Positions 54,371 to 63,815 of a stretch of 64,000 nucleotides of DNA are shown here, piece after piece. The notes under the pieces were generated by a model, which saw only the letters and a program-made list of their open reading frames with translations, did not search any database and had not been told where the DNA came from. Position 1 is the stretch's first letter. Every line of letters starts with the position of its first letter. This DNA comes from a virus, in IMG/VR virus record IMGVR_UViG_3300011113_000492, positions 1 to 64,000 of that record; one strand, written 5' to 3'. Position numbers and translations under genes: made by a program.

Positions 54371-55915
54371 ATGTTAACAGTATTGATATTAGCCGCAGGC
54401 TATGGCCGGCGTATGGGTCCGTTTAGTCGCATGGTCAACAAAGCACTTATTCCCTACGACAATAAACCGTTAATTAGTCATATCATGGAAAAGTTTGACC
54501 TTGATACCAAATTTGTTATTGCCTGCGGACATATGGGACAACAGGTAAAAGACTATGTCAGTGCAGTACATACAGACAAACAAATAGTCTATGTGGATAT
54601 TCCCGACTATAGCGAAGGCCACACCGGTCCTGCCACTACAATTCAACATTGTGCAAAACATATCAACGGTTCTTTCTTTTGGTTAAGCTGCGATACATTA
54701 TTTGATTTTGATTATAGAGATAAACTGGACCATAACTGGATCGGTGTTCATCCCGTAGACAGTGATATAGCACAAGACTATTGTTGGGTCGAGCGAGAAG
54801 GCGAAACAATTACAATTATTAAGAATAAACAGCCCAGCAAGTTAGCAGTGGATGCTTTTATTGGATTAATGTATTGTGTAGATACCGCATACCTCGACAA
54901 CCTCAAAGCAGTTAGTGCCCGTGAAGCCTATGAAGGGTTCAATGATAATCTTAAACTCCAGGCGCACACTGTCAGAGGATGGAAAGATTTTGGTACGTAT
55001 GATAAGTGGGTTGAATTAAGTTCGGGACTTAAAGAGATTAGTTTTCCTAAACCCAACGAAATTTTTTATCACGACAATAATAAAATTATTAAGTTTACAG
55101 TAGATAGTACATTAACTGACAGAAAAGCAAATCGAGCACTGCTAAATCCTGTGTGTATGCCCAATGGTATTAGACGCAGTGGACAATTTTTAGTCTACGA
55201 CTATGTGGATGGTGATATCATTTACAGCCAATTGACCAATGAACTTATGCACAAAGTAATCTCATGGGCAGACAAAGACTTATGGAAACGTAAATGGTTT
55301 CCTAATACCAGTAATATTTGTCGAGACTTTTACTATAAAAAAACTCAGGATCGATTACAGCAGTTCCGAGTTAAGTACAGCGATTGGAGCGAACCTTGTA
55401 CAGTTAACGGAGATCCAGTAGAATCCATAGACACTTATCTTAGTAAGATCGATTGGGACTGGTTATGTAACACCACCGAATGGGCCTTTATTCACGGCGA
55501 CTTTCAATTTGAAAATGTGATATACAATCCCCAAGCAGATATATTTACTGCCATTGATTGGCGCACAGATTTCGGCGGCGACAGTTACGGTGATTTGTAT
55601 TATGATTTAGCCAAGATGGTGGGTGGCATTCTATTAGACTATCAAGCAGTTAAAGCAGGCAAACTAGAATACAACGAACACGCAGACTCTGCAACTTTAA
55701 ATTATTGCGGAATACAGGATGCACAAAATTATATTCAAACTGTTAAAGATTATTGCAATTTAAAAGAATTAGATTGGAACAAAGTAGAATTGTTAGTGGC
55801 CATTATCTATTTGAATATGAGTCCGTTGCACGATGCACCGTTTGACAAATACTTATTTGCTTTGGCGCAGTTACATTTTTCGAGATATTTCAATGAATCT
55901 ACAGACAGCAATTAA
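54371..55915 (+). CDS. Nucleotidyltransferase fused to an aminoglycoside/choline-kinase-like phosphotransferase
   Basis: N-terminal LILAAGYGRRM...K.L; C-terminal HGDFQFENV...IDWR...YYDLAK. Confidence 0.85.
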   Translation: MLTVLILAAGYGRRMGPFSRMVNKALIPYDNKPLISHIMEKFDLDTKFVIACGHMGQQVKDYVSAVHTDKQIVYVDIPDYSEGHTGPATTIQHCAKHINGSFFWLSCDTLFDFDYRDKLDHNWIGVHPVDSDIAQDYCWVEREGETITIIKNKQPSKLAVDAFIGLMYCVDTAYLDNLKAVSAREAYEGFNDNLKLQAHTVRGWKDFGTYDKWVELSSGLKEISFPKPNEIFYHDNNKIIKFTVDSTLTDRKANRALLNPVCMPNGIRRSGQFLVYDYVDGDIIYSQLTNELMHKVISWADKDLWKRKWFPNTSNICRDFYYKKTQDRLQQFRVKYSDWSEPCTVNGDPVESIDTYLSKIDWDWLCNTTEWAFIHGDFQFENVIYNPQADIFTAIDWRTDFGGDSYGDLYYDLAKMVGGILLDYQAVKAGKLEYNEHADSATLNYCGIQDAQNYIQTVKDYCNLKELDWNKVELLVAIIYLNMSPLHDAPFDKYLFALAQLHFSRYFNESTDSN

Positions 55916-56633
55916 GTGGAAAAAGAAATCTAAACTATTTGTAAGTCTTGCGGGCCGTCCGGGCAAGACTGGTGAAAACTTTTATTCTACATTATTTGAA
56001 TATCATAATATAGATGCCGAATACATAGCCTGCGAGTGTAAAGATTTTCTCCAAGACATACTTTTGGTTCGCGAACACTGCGCCGGGGCCAGTATTACCA
56101 TGCCTTTTAAACAACTTGCCAGTCAACATATAGATAGATCCGAATCGCCTAATTCGGCTATCAATACTGTGATAAATTACTCAAGCTTACTTGTTGGCTA
56201 TAATTGTGATTATCTAGGACTCAAGGAAGTATTGGGCGACAGATTAAAAGATCAAACTGTGGTAGTTCTCGGTGATGGTGCAATGGCGGAGAATGTCATT
56301 ATGTTATCGAATCAGGCCTGTAGCGTTATTCAAATATCCAGGCGTAAAAATAATTGGGATCAACGACACACAAACTGTGATGTGCTGATTAATACCACTG
56401 GTATTGGTATGGGCACAGATCAATCTCCGGTTGATTTTATTAATGCCCACACTGTGGTTGATTGTGTTATTGGTAAAACTTCATTGATAAGACAAGCACG
56501 AGAAAAAAATAAAAAAGTGATAACCGGAGCAGATATATATCAAGCACAGTTCAAACACCAATTTAAATTGTACACACACCAGGAACCCGACTCGGCAATA
56601 GTTAGTTTGGTAGCAAAGAGAGTATTTGAATGA
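55893..56633 (+). CDS. Shikimate-dehydrogenase-like (AroE fold) oxidoreductase
   Basis: SITMPFK, AINT, NCD, LGDGAMA and INTT motifs. The N-terminal HSxSP is absent. Confidence 0.7.
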   Translation: MNLQTAIKWKKKSKLFVSLAGRPGKTGENFYSTLFEYHNIDAEYIACECKDFLQDILLVREHCAGASITMPFKQLASQHIDRSESPNSAINTVINYSSLLVGYNCDYLGLKEVLGDRLKDQTVVVLGDGAMAENVIMLSNQACSVIQISRRKNNWDQRHTNCDVLINTTGIGMGTDQSPVDFINAHTVVDCVIGKTSLIRQAREKNKKVITGADIYQAQFKHQFKLYTHQEPDSAIVSLVAKRVFE

Positions 56634-57100
56634 TTAAAACATTTATCAGTGACGTAGACGGATGCCTCAATGATGGCCGGATCTATTGGGGTGCAGACGG
56701 TAAAAAGCCATTTAAAGCCTTTGGTAATTACGATCACGACGGTGTTAAACTTTTAAAGGACCATATTAAACTAGTTTTTATCAGCGCAGATCGCCATGGA
56801 TGGGACATTCTAGAATCTCGAATTGTTAATCATATGAAGTGCGATTTATTTTATGTACCTGAAAAGGACCGTTTCGAATTTGTAAAAAAATACGGATTTG
56901 ATGAAGTGGCCTTCATGGGAGACGGAATATATGATGCCAAAATTATTAAACATTCGAAGATTGGCATCGCTCCAGCACAGGCCAGAATAGAAGCCAGGCT
57001 GGCCGCTGACTATGTAACCCCTAGCAATGGTGGAGAAGGTGCATATTTGGATGCTTGCATTCATATTATGAAACAAACAGGTATACTTTATGAATTTTAA
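56630..57100 (+). CDS. KdsC-like HAD phosphatase
   Basis: DVDGCLNDG, ISAD, MGDGIYD and GGEGA motifs. Confidence 0.85.
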   Translation: MIKTFISDVDGCLNDGRIYWGADGKKPFKAFGNYDHDGVKLLKDHIKLVFISADRHGWDILESRIVNHMKCDLFYVPEKDRFEFVKKYGFDEVAFMGDGIYDAKIIKHSKIGIAPAQARIEARLAADYVTPSNGGEGAYLDACIHIMKQTGILYEF

Positions 57101-58067
57101 ATTAGGCCTTGGGCCCATGAGCGTTCGAATAAACGACATATTGGCTAGGTATGCCAAAGAATACCAACGCCCATTAATGTTTATCGCCAGCAGAAATCAA
57201 GTTGATGCAACCAGTGGATACGTAATGACCACGGCCGAGCTGGCTAATCAAATTAATCCTTTACGCAGTGATTATCTAATGCTGTGTAGAGATCATTGCG
57301 GTCCTTATTTTTTGGACATAGAAAAGAGTCTGAGCCTTGATAAAGCAGTAGAAGCAACTAAGAAAACTATAGCCGGGGATATCGAAAACGGATTTGATCT
57401 TATACATATCGATACCAGTCGATGTGACAATCCATATCATGTCGCCGACGAACTGTTTAACTTTTGTTTAAAATTAAACCCAAAAATCAAATTTGAATTT
57501 GGCACAGAAGAAAATGTGGGCGTGGCTGCGGGTATTAAGAAATACCAAGAAGATGTCAAGTTTGCCAGTCAGTTTCCCAACATGGAATTTGTGGTAGCTC
57601 AGACTGGCAGTTTGACCATGGAAGATCGACAAGTTGGTAGCTTTGATGTGGCCATGGTCCGCAAATTAGTGGGGTATGCAGAGTCTGCCAGAGTTAAATT
57701 AAAAGAGCATAATGCAGATTATTTGTCAGCTGAACAAATTTCTTTACGTAAACAAGCAGGAGTACATGCCTGTAATATTGCGCCGCAGCTAGGTGTTATC
57801 CAAACAAAAACAATATTGGATCTTGCTGATCAATTTGGAGTAGACTCTGTTGATTTCAAGCAAACAGTATTAGACAGTGGTAAGTGGAAAAAATGGATCA
57901 TTGACGGTGACGATGATGTAAAAATTGCTGTTGCAGGACACTATTGTTTTAATTCTCCAGTTTATTCTCTATTAGAACAAAAATTGGCCTACTTATGTGA
58001 TGTCGAATCAACGGTTGAACAAAACATCAAAATTTGTTTGGATCAATATTATACCAATTTATACTAA
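57090..58067 (+). CDS. GatZ/KbaZ-like (tagatose-phosphate aldolase/epimerase family) protein
   Basis: ASRNQVD, RDHCGP, IHIDTS, GTEE, EHNADY and NIAPQLG motifs. Confidence 0.75.
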   Translation: MNFKLGLGPMSVRINDILARYAKEYQRPLMFIASRNQVDATSGYVMTTAELANQINPLRSDYLMLCRDHCGPYFLDIEKSLSLDKAVEATKKTIAGDIENGFDLIHIDTSRCDNPYHVADELFNFCLKLNPKIKFEFGTEENVGVAAGIKKYQEDVKFASQFPNMEFVVAQTGSLTMEDRQVGSFDVAMVRKLVGYAESARVKLKEHNADYLSAEQISLRKQAGVHACNIAPQLGVIQTKTILDLADQFGVDSVDFKQTVLDSGKWKKWIIDGDDDVKIAVAGHYCFNSPVYSLLEQKLAYLCDVESTVEQNIKICLDQYYTNLY

Positions 58068-58095
58068 ATAACTTAGTATTTAAAGGCGTAGTTTG

Positions 58096-58530
58096 ATGAA
58101 AAAATTATTAGTTTTATTAGCATTTTTACCTTTTGTAGCTTTTGCACAAAAAACACCTCAAGGGGCAACCTACGATGCACAAATTGTACGCATCAATGAC
58201 GGCGACACTGTAGTCATAGCTGCACCATTTTTGCCTGCACCATTAAAACCTGAACTGGCTGTTAGAGTTTTTGGTGTCGATACTCCTGAAAAAGGTTTTC
58301 GTGCCCAATGCCCGCAAGAAGATCAACGTGGACAAATGGCCACAGCTTTCACTAAGCAAGCTATTGCAGCCAGTCAAAAAAGACAGGTTACCTTGTACGG
58401 ATGGGATAAATTTGGTGGCAGGGTATTGGGAGATATCATCTTAGATGGTAAAAGTCTGCGAGCCATGCTAATACAAAACGGGTTTGCCAGAGAGTACTTT
58501 GGCGAAGCTAAAACAAGCTGGTGTAATTAA
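58096..58530 (+). CDS. Exported thermonuclease (SNase family)
   Basis: Signal peptide, then DGDT, RVFGVDTPE, DKFGGRVL and NGFAREY. Confidence 0.9.
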   Translation: MKKLLVLLAFLPFVAFAQKTPQGATYDAQIVRINDGDTVVIAAPFLPAPLKPELAVRVFGVDTPEKGFRAQCPQEDQRGQMATAFTKQAIAASQKRQVTLYGWDKFGGRVLGDIILDGKSLRAMLIQNGFAREYFGEAKTSWCN

Positions 58531-58549
58531 TACAGTTTGATGAAAATTT

Positions 58550-58574
58550 AAAGGGCCTATGTGGCCCTTTTTTT
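58550..58574 (+). terminator. Intrinsic terminator
   Basis: AAAGGGCC-TATGT-GGCCCTTTTTTT. Confidence 0.88.
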
Positions 58575-58610
58575 ATTAAAAATAAATATAATATCCGACA
58601 ACTATTATCT

Positions 58611-60995
58611 ATGAGATACCAAGAAATTAAAATAATACAGGAAGACGAGGACTTATTTGAAATAAACATGAGTCCTGGTAATCTTGACAAGTTAGCTAGT
58701 CAAATTGATGCCCGGGCAGGCATGGAGTTTGAAATGATCGTACCAGGGGTTAAAGATCAAGAATCAGAATTTGAACCCGACTATGACAGTGATGAAAGCT
58801 GCCGTAGTATCGACGATGCTGTGGAGTTTTTCCATGACGGAGACTATAATAGTCGCAACGACGTTAGGCGACTGCAAATTCAAATGCAGCAGGACTACGG
58901 AGAGTGGTTGATGGAAAAGATCGACGAAGATTGGGATAATGATCCCGAAGAACACATCTATCAGTATCTTGTGGCCGATGTCGACACAGCAACCATTGGA
59001 GAAATCATTGGTGTCGATCTTTCAGACACTGACGGTGCGACCAAGCAGCAGGTGGCTCAGGCAGCAGAACTGATCAATGAAAATGAACTACAGCCCTTTT
59101 TCAATGACGCTAGAGATTGGCACAGAGCAGAAAATGACGGTGCCTGGGACGAAAGCGACTGGTTGGACGAGGCAGATCTTGACCGTATGAGTGCCATTGA
59201 AAACGCCTACCAGATCACTTGGCCGCACTGGACCTATAGTAGCGGCGAAGACAACGTAGATGTAGATCAAGTTGCCGATGAATTTGGAACAGCCATGCAA
59301 CGTCCAGTAAATGCCAGTAGATCATATCACGGTGCTCGTCGTGAAGCTGGCCATTATGTAGTAGAGCCCGACGGCAGTTTAGACCCAGACGGAGATGATG
59401 ACATGGGTTTGGAATTTGTAAGTCCACCCTTGCCTCTAGAAGAAATGTTCAGTGACTTAGACAAAGTTAAAACATGGGCAGATAGAACAGGATGTTATAC
59501 AAATGAAAGTACGGGTTTGCACATCAATGTCAGCGTACCTGGATTCAACATTGATAATTTAGACTACATAAAATTGGCATTATTAATGGGTGACAAATAT
59601 GTGCTGGAACAATTTGACAGATTGGGTAATACCTATGCCAAAAGTGCCATGGACAAAATTATCGACCGTGTCAGACAAAGACCTGAAGATGCTGAAATGC
59701 TGCTGGTTAAGATGAAAGAAGGATTAGGCAAGCTAGCAACTAAAGTAATTCACAGCGGTATAACTGACAAATATACCAGTATCAATACAAAAACGGGTTA
59801 TGTGGAATTTCGGAGTCCGGGCGGTGATTGGTTAGGCGATAAATTTTTTAATCAAATAAAACCAACACTACTAAGATTTGTAGTTGCATTAGACGCTGCC
59901 ATGGATCCAGAAAAATATAGAGACGAGTATCTTAAAAAACTTTATAAACTACTGCAACCTAAAAGCAAAGAAGATACACTAAGTTACTTTGCCAAGTACG
60001 CCGCAGGAGAAATGCCTAAGGCAGCATTAAAGAGTTTCATTAAACAAGCACAATTAGAACGTAAAATTTCCAAAGACCCCACTGGTGGAGAGAAGTATTG
60101 GTGGCGTGTGGGGCGTCCAGGTTACGGTGGATCTGTTGAGGTAGTAGCCACTAGTCGAGCAGAAGCTATTGCAGCAGGAAAGAAAGAAATTCCTGAATGG
60201 GATTATGCCAAGGACATGACTGCTACTCCGATTCGTCCGTACAGCGACAGTCCGATAATCGGCAGAATACGTGAACCCGAGCCGGTTGGCGCAATGCGTC
60301 CAACCAATCCTGATGGCAACTATGTAATTTTTGCCAATAACAGCAGAGCCGGCGATCCTCCTGCTTACCGCTTTATGGCCGCAGACGGGGACGATGCAGA
60401 AACAGTGTTGAATCAATGGAGACGTGCAAATCCTGGTGATTGGGAAGTACATTATGATGCCAACCAAAGACTAGGACAGCCTCCTGTGCCGGGCAGTACC
60501 CTGGACCGTCAACGTCAGCGAGCTGCACAATCGGGCGGCAGCTTTGAATTTGAATTGAGTCAAACTGATATAGAAAATCGCCTGGGTTGGCCTGATCAAA
60601 CTGCTGATGCCAACTATGAAGTTGTAAATAGAAATACCTTGCAGCCAGTGTATTTGTTCATTGCCAATACCGACCAGGATGCTGCAAGAAAATACAGTCA
60701 AATCATAGATGCCATGGGCATGCCTGGCGCAGCCGAAAACTATGGCTACAGAGCCAGGGGCAGTGTAATGCCACCCGTGGATCGCCAAGGAGCTCAATCA
60801 AGTGACCGGCGTCCTGCCACCGGTGGTAACTTCACTGGTGTTTGGCTGATTTTAGATCCCGATGGCAATGTCATACATAGTTTTGCTGGGGTAGGCAACG
60901 TGCAGAGTGATGCCAACCGTGTGGCCATTCAATGGCTGCGAGCACACCCTGGCGCCATGCAGGCTGGTGTCACAGTGGTACCAGAGATGAGATAA
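58611..60995 (+). CDS. Putative amidoligase (COOH-NH2 ligase type 2) with acidic insert and C-terminal repeats
   Basis: GMEFEM, EPDGSL, LEFVSPP, STGLHINV, KYTSIN and VEFRSPG motifs. Confidence 0.85.
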   Translation: MRYQEIKIIQEDEDLFEINMSPGNLDKLASQIDARAGMEFEMIVPGVKDQESEFEPDYDSDESCRSIDDAVEFFHDGDYNSRNDVRRLQIQMQQDYGEWLMEKIDEDWDNDPEEHIYQYLVADVDTATIGEIIGVDLSDTDGATKQQVAQAAELINENELQPFFNDARDWHRAENDGAWDESDWLDEADLDRMSAIENAYQITWPHWTYSSGEDNVDVDQVADEFGTAMQRPVNASRSYHGARREAGHYVVEPDGSLDPDGDDDMGLEFVSPPLPLEEMFSDLDKVKTWADRTGCYTNESTGLHINVSVPGFNIDNLDYIKLALLMGDKYVLEQFDRLGNTYAKSAMDKIIDRVRQRPEDAEMLLVKMKEGLGKLATKVIHSGITDKYTSINTKTGYVEFRSPGGDWLGDKFFNQIKPTLLRFVVALDAAMDPEKYRDEYLKKLYKLLQPKSKEDTLSYFAKYAAGEMPKAALKSFIKQAQLERKISKDPTGGEKYWWRVGRPGYGGSVEVVATSRAEAIAAGKKEIPEWDYAKDMTATPIRPYSDSPIIGRIREPEPVGAMRPTNPDGNYVIFANNSRAGDPPAYRFMAADGDDAETVLNQWRRANPGDWEVHYDANQRLGQPPVPGSTLDRQRQRAAQSGGSFEFELSQTDIENRLGWPDQTADANYEVVNRNTLQPVYLFIANTDQDAARKYSQIIDAMGMPGAAENYGYRARGSVMPPVDRQGAQSSDRRPATGGNFTGVWLILDPDGNVIHSFAGVGNVQSDANRVAIQWLRAHPGAMQAGVTVVPEMR

Positions 60996-61011
60996 GTTTA
61001 AAGGATGAATT

Positions 61012-61956
61012 ATGAAAGCTAAAGAAATTATTCCAGAAGTCCGAAGAAGACCAGACATAGAAAATATTCCCTATGGTTTTGGCTCAGGGGCTCCAGTTGG
61101 TGGTGGCATTCCTGCAGGAAGAATAGAACCTACACTGGGACAAATTGGATCTCAGGCTGCACAATCTGCGGCACGAATTAAATCAGTGAGTCCTAACCAG
61201 CCATTGCCAAGCCCAAACGTTTGGCGCAGTGGAAGAGATAATACTCCAATGAGATCTCCAGGAGATAAAGCACAAAACATAGACGATGTTGTGCTACGAC
61301 AAACACATCAAGCCGCTGGACGAGGGCCTCAAGGCGGACCAATCCCAGTACCTGGTTCGACTACTGGAGAAAAGATAGCAGCCGTTGCTGGTGCAACAGG
61401 AGCAGTCGGAGGCATAGGAGCGTTGTTAACAGCACCACTGGGTACTAAACCTACAAGTGGTCAATCAACTCCGCAGGCTCCAGCAAGAGATCCAAATATG
61501 ACTCAGCAGACGCAGGATAGATTGGGGATATCATTGGACAGTCGGGGACGAACAGCTTCCGGAGCCACTTCGCCACCAGCAGCCAAACCCGCTGGACCAC
61601 AACAGGGCGTGGTTGGCTCAGATCTGGCCCGCCTCAGTGGTGGTGAATTTGCTAGCCGAGCCGATAGATTGAATCAGGCCAGAGTTGATGCTATATTAGG
61701 TTCTGGGTACAAAGCTGGCAGTGCTGCTGCCAACACAGCATTGAGAGATTATTACAAAGCCAACCCACCCATGTCAGACGCCCAAAGACAAGAGTTAGGA
61801 CAGGAAATTTTCAATCGGAGCATGGAACGTCTTCGTCAGCAGGCTGCTGACGCCAATGTCACAGTACGACCAGCTGGCAGTGACAATTCCACCGAGCCTG
61901 TGCCCGAAGATAAAAATGCATTGACGAGATTGATGAAATTGTCGGGTCAACGTTGA
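61012..61956 (+). CDS. Low-complexity putative internal virion protein
   Basis: Starts MKAKEIIPE; Pro/Gly/Gln-rich; hydrophobic IAAVAGATGAVGGIGALL segment. Confidence 0.5.
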   Translation: MKAKEIIPEVRRRPDIENIPYGFGSGAPVGGGIPAGRIEPTLGQIGSQAAQSAARIKSVSPNQPLPSPNVWRSGRDNTPMRSPGDKAQNIDDVVLRQTHQAAGRGPQGGPIPVPGSTTGEKIAAVAGATGAVGGIGALLTAPLGTKPTSGQSTPQAPARDPNMTQQTQDRLGISLDSRGRTASGATSPPAAKPAGPQQGVVGSDLARLSGGEFASRADRLNQARVDAILGSGYKAGSAAANTALRDYYKANPPMSDAQRQELGQEIFNRSMERLRQQAADANVTVRPAGSDNSTEPVPEDKNALTRLMKLSGQR

Positions 61957-61959
61957 AAA

Positions 61960-62625
61960 ATGATTCTAGCAGATTTTTTAATAGAAGCAGAAGCAGGTAC
62001 TAAAAATTCTGCTGCAATTTTCAGGAAGTTAAAAGCAGCCGGCTATAAAAAGCTAGGATCTGGCGCAGATTCTGTGGTATGGGCCAAAGACGACGCCAGT
62101 GTTATTAAAATTCTAATGCCTGAAGACAGCAACAGTTTAGCAGAAAAAACTTTTTTAAAATTTTATGATTTTGTGCAAGCAAACAAAGACATTGCCAATT
62201 TACCTAAATTTTTAGAATCTAGTCAGACCATGAATATAAATGGCAAAGACTATACCTTTGTGGTCATGGAAAGATTACAACACATACCGCGTGGCAGTAT
62301 CCAGGAAGCCATGGTCTGGATACTCAGCGACTATGCTGCTAAAAAAATGCAATGGAAAGATGTATTCAAAGAATTAACTCAACCCAACACATGGAAACAT
62401 TGGGAACCTCCTCCTGCCAAAGAAAAAATAATTAATATTATAAAGAACATGAATCAGCAAGATATTCTACAATATGCTGTTTTATATTCTGTAATGACCT
62501 TGCTATACCATACCGGAAGAATAAACAAACTAGGATGGGATTTGCATACAGAAAATGTAATGCAACGACAAGATGGGACTTTAGTTATAATAGATCCTTG
62601 GTTTGCTTTAAATGATGGCATTTAA
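61960..62625 (+). CDS. Protein-kinase-like (Hanks/RIO-type fold) enzyme
   Basis: LGSGADSVVW (G-loop), VIKI (Lys), VVMERL, WDLHTENVM (catalytic loop) and IIDP. Confidence 0.8.
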   Translation: MILADFLIEAEAGTKNSAAIFRKLKAAGYKKLGSGADSVVWAKDDASVIKILMPEDSNSLAEKTFLKFYDFVQANKDIANLPKFLESSQTMNINGKDYTFVVMERLQHIPRGSIQEAMVWILSDYAAKKMQWKDVFKELTQPNTWKHWEPPPAKEKIINIIKNMNQQDILQYAVLYSVMTLLYHTGRINKLGWDLHTENVMQRQDGTLVIIDPWFALNDGI

Positions 62626-62713
62626 TATTTTAGTACTACAAAAAAATTTGATTGACTGATAATCAAAATAACCGTATAATAACGACTTGTTTATTTAACC
62701 ATTGGGGTTTATT

Positions 62714-63814
62714 GTGGCAACTAAAATCAGCAAGACTAAACAAAAAGAGCAGCGTATTCGCAATTTCTTGAGTAACTATACTGTTCCTTTTGAAATGGAA
62801 GATGCTGCCATTGATTTGCGTACTATGGCGCAGAATTACCAAAATGGTATTATTCCAAATAAAGACATTGGAGATGCCGTTAATGCAATTTTAGGACCTA
62901 GTGCAATTCCTCGTTGTAGCATTGATCCTCGACAATTGGGTGTACCACAATTTGCATGGGCGCCCATGGATGATGTAGGCATTGACCCTCGCTTTCAGCG
63001 TGATGTGGCTCCAAATCATGTGCAAAAGATTGAAGCAGATTTTCAGGCTGACATGATTATTGTGCCCTGTGCTATTAAAGATCCTAAAACTGGCAAATAT
63101 TTGCTGTGGGACGGGCACCACACGACTCGAGTCTGCGAACGTATGGGTTGGACTCATGTGCCTGTTTGGTACACTGAAGCAGACATTGACGACGAACACA
63201 GCCTGCAGGAAGCAGAACGTATCCTTATCCTTAAAGCAGGACGCAGTTTCCTTACTATTAATAAAAAGAACAAACGGCCTGTAAGTAATTACGATGCTCA
63301 TATGATCAGTGTTGAGTGCGGCGAGCCCGAAGCAGTCACAGTGCAGAGAATTGTAGACGCTAACACTTGTCAAGTTAAACGTGCTAGTACAAAAGCCGGT
63401 GACATCAGTCACATTGAACACCTTTATGGTGCTTATGACCTTGTGCAGGCCAGTTCAGGCATCAAAGGCATTTACCTTGCTCGTAGTCTGAAGTTTCATC
63501 GTGACACTTGGCCTAAAGAAGAAGTGCGCGGCATTATGATGTTGGCGATGGCCCGTTTGTATCAGCAAACGGAATTGCAAACTGGTCAGCTACTGTCCAA
63601 CGAATTTGATGTTGAATTTGGAAACATCCTTAAAAAGGTCTATGGACAAAGCGAAAAAGTTCATACTCGTATCAAGGAACAATTTGAAAATCATTTCGGC
63701 AGTCTAGGTGCTCACCCTGTTGTGGTTACCAGTGGCTTGGTGCTAACTTATTTGAAACATAATAAGAAAGGCTTTAAACTTAGTCAGCCCGAAGCTACTT
63801 ATCCTGTGAAATAA
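62714..63814 (+). CDS. ParB/sulfiredoxin-like domain protein
   Basis: IDPRFQRD...LLWDGHHT. A sigma70 promoter TTGACT-N17-TATAAT lies upstream at about 62653. Confidence 0.6.
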   Translation: MATKISKTKQKEQRIRNFLSNYTVPFEMEDAAIDLRTMAQNYQNGIIPNKDIGDAVNAILGPSAIPRCSIDPRQLGVPQFAWAPMDDVGIDPRFQRDVAPNHVQKIEADFQADMIIVPCAIKDPKTGKYLLWDGHHTTRVCERMGWTHVPVWYTEADIDDEHSLQEAERILILKAGRSFLTINKKNKRPVSNYDAHMISVECGEPEAVTVQRIVDANTCQVKRASTKAGDISHIEHLYGAYDLVQASSGIKGIYLARSLKFHRDTWPKEEVRGIMMLAMARLYQQTELQTGQLLSNEFDVEFGNILKKVYGQSEKVHTRIKEQFENHFGSLGAHPVVVTSGLVLTYLKHNKKGFKLSQPEATYPVK

Positions 63815-63815
63815 A

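Noticed and set aside
55893-56633. Calling this gene aroE
   Set aside because: It lacks the shikimate-binding SxS motif and sits in a sugar-nucleotide operon, so no gene symbol was assigned.
583-63421. Numerous 60-180 aa ORFs in the track lying antisense or out of frame inside long genes (e.g. 583-858, 8821-9255, 9537-9986, 9652-9843, 27282-27629, 62891-63421)
   Set aside because: They are shadows of well-supported genes, with no SD or promoter and no recognisable motifs.
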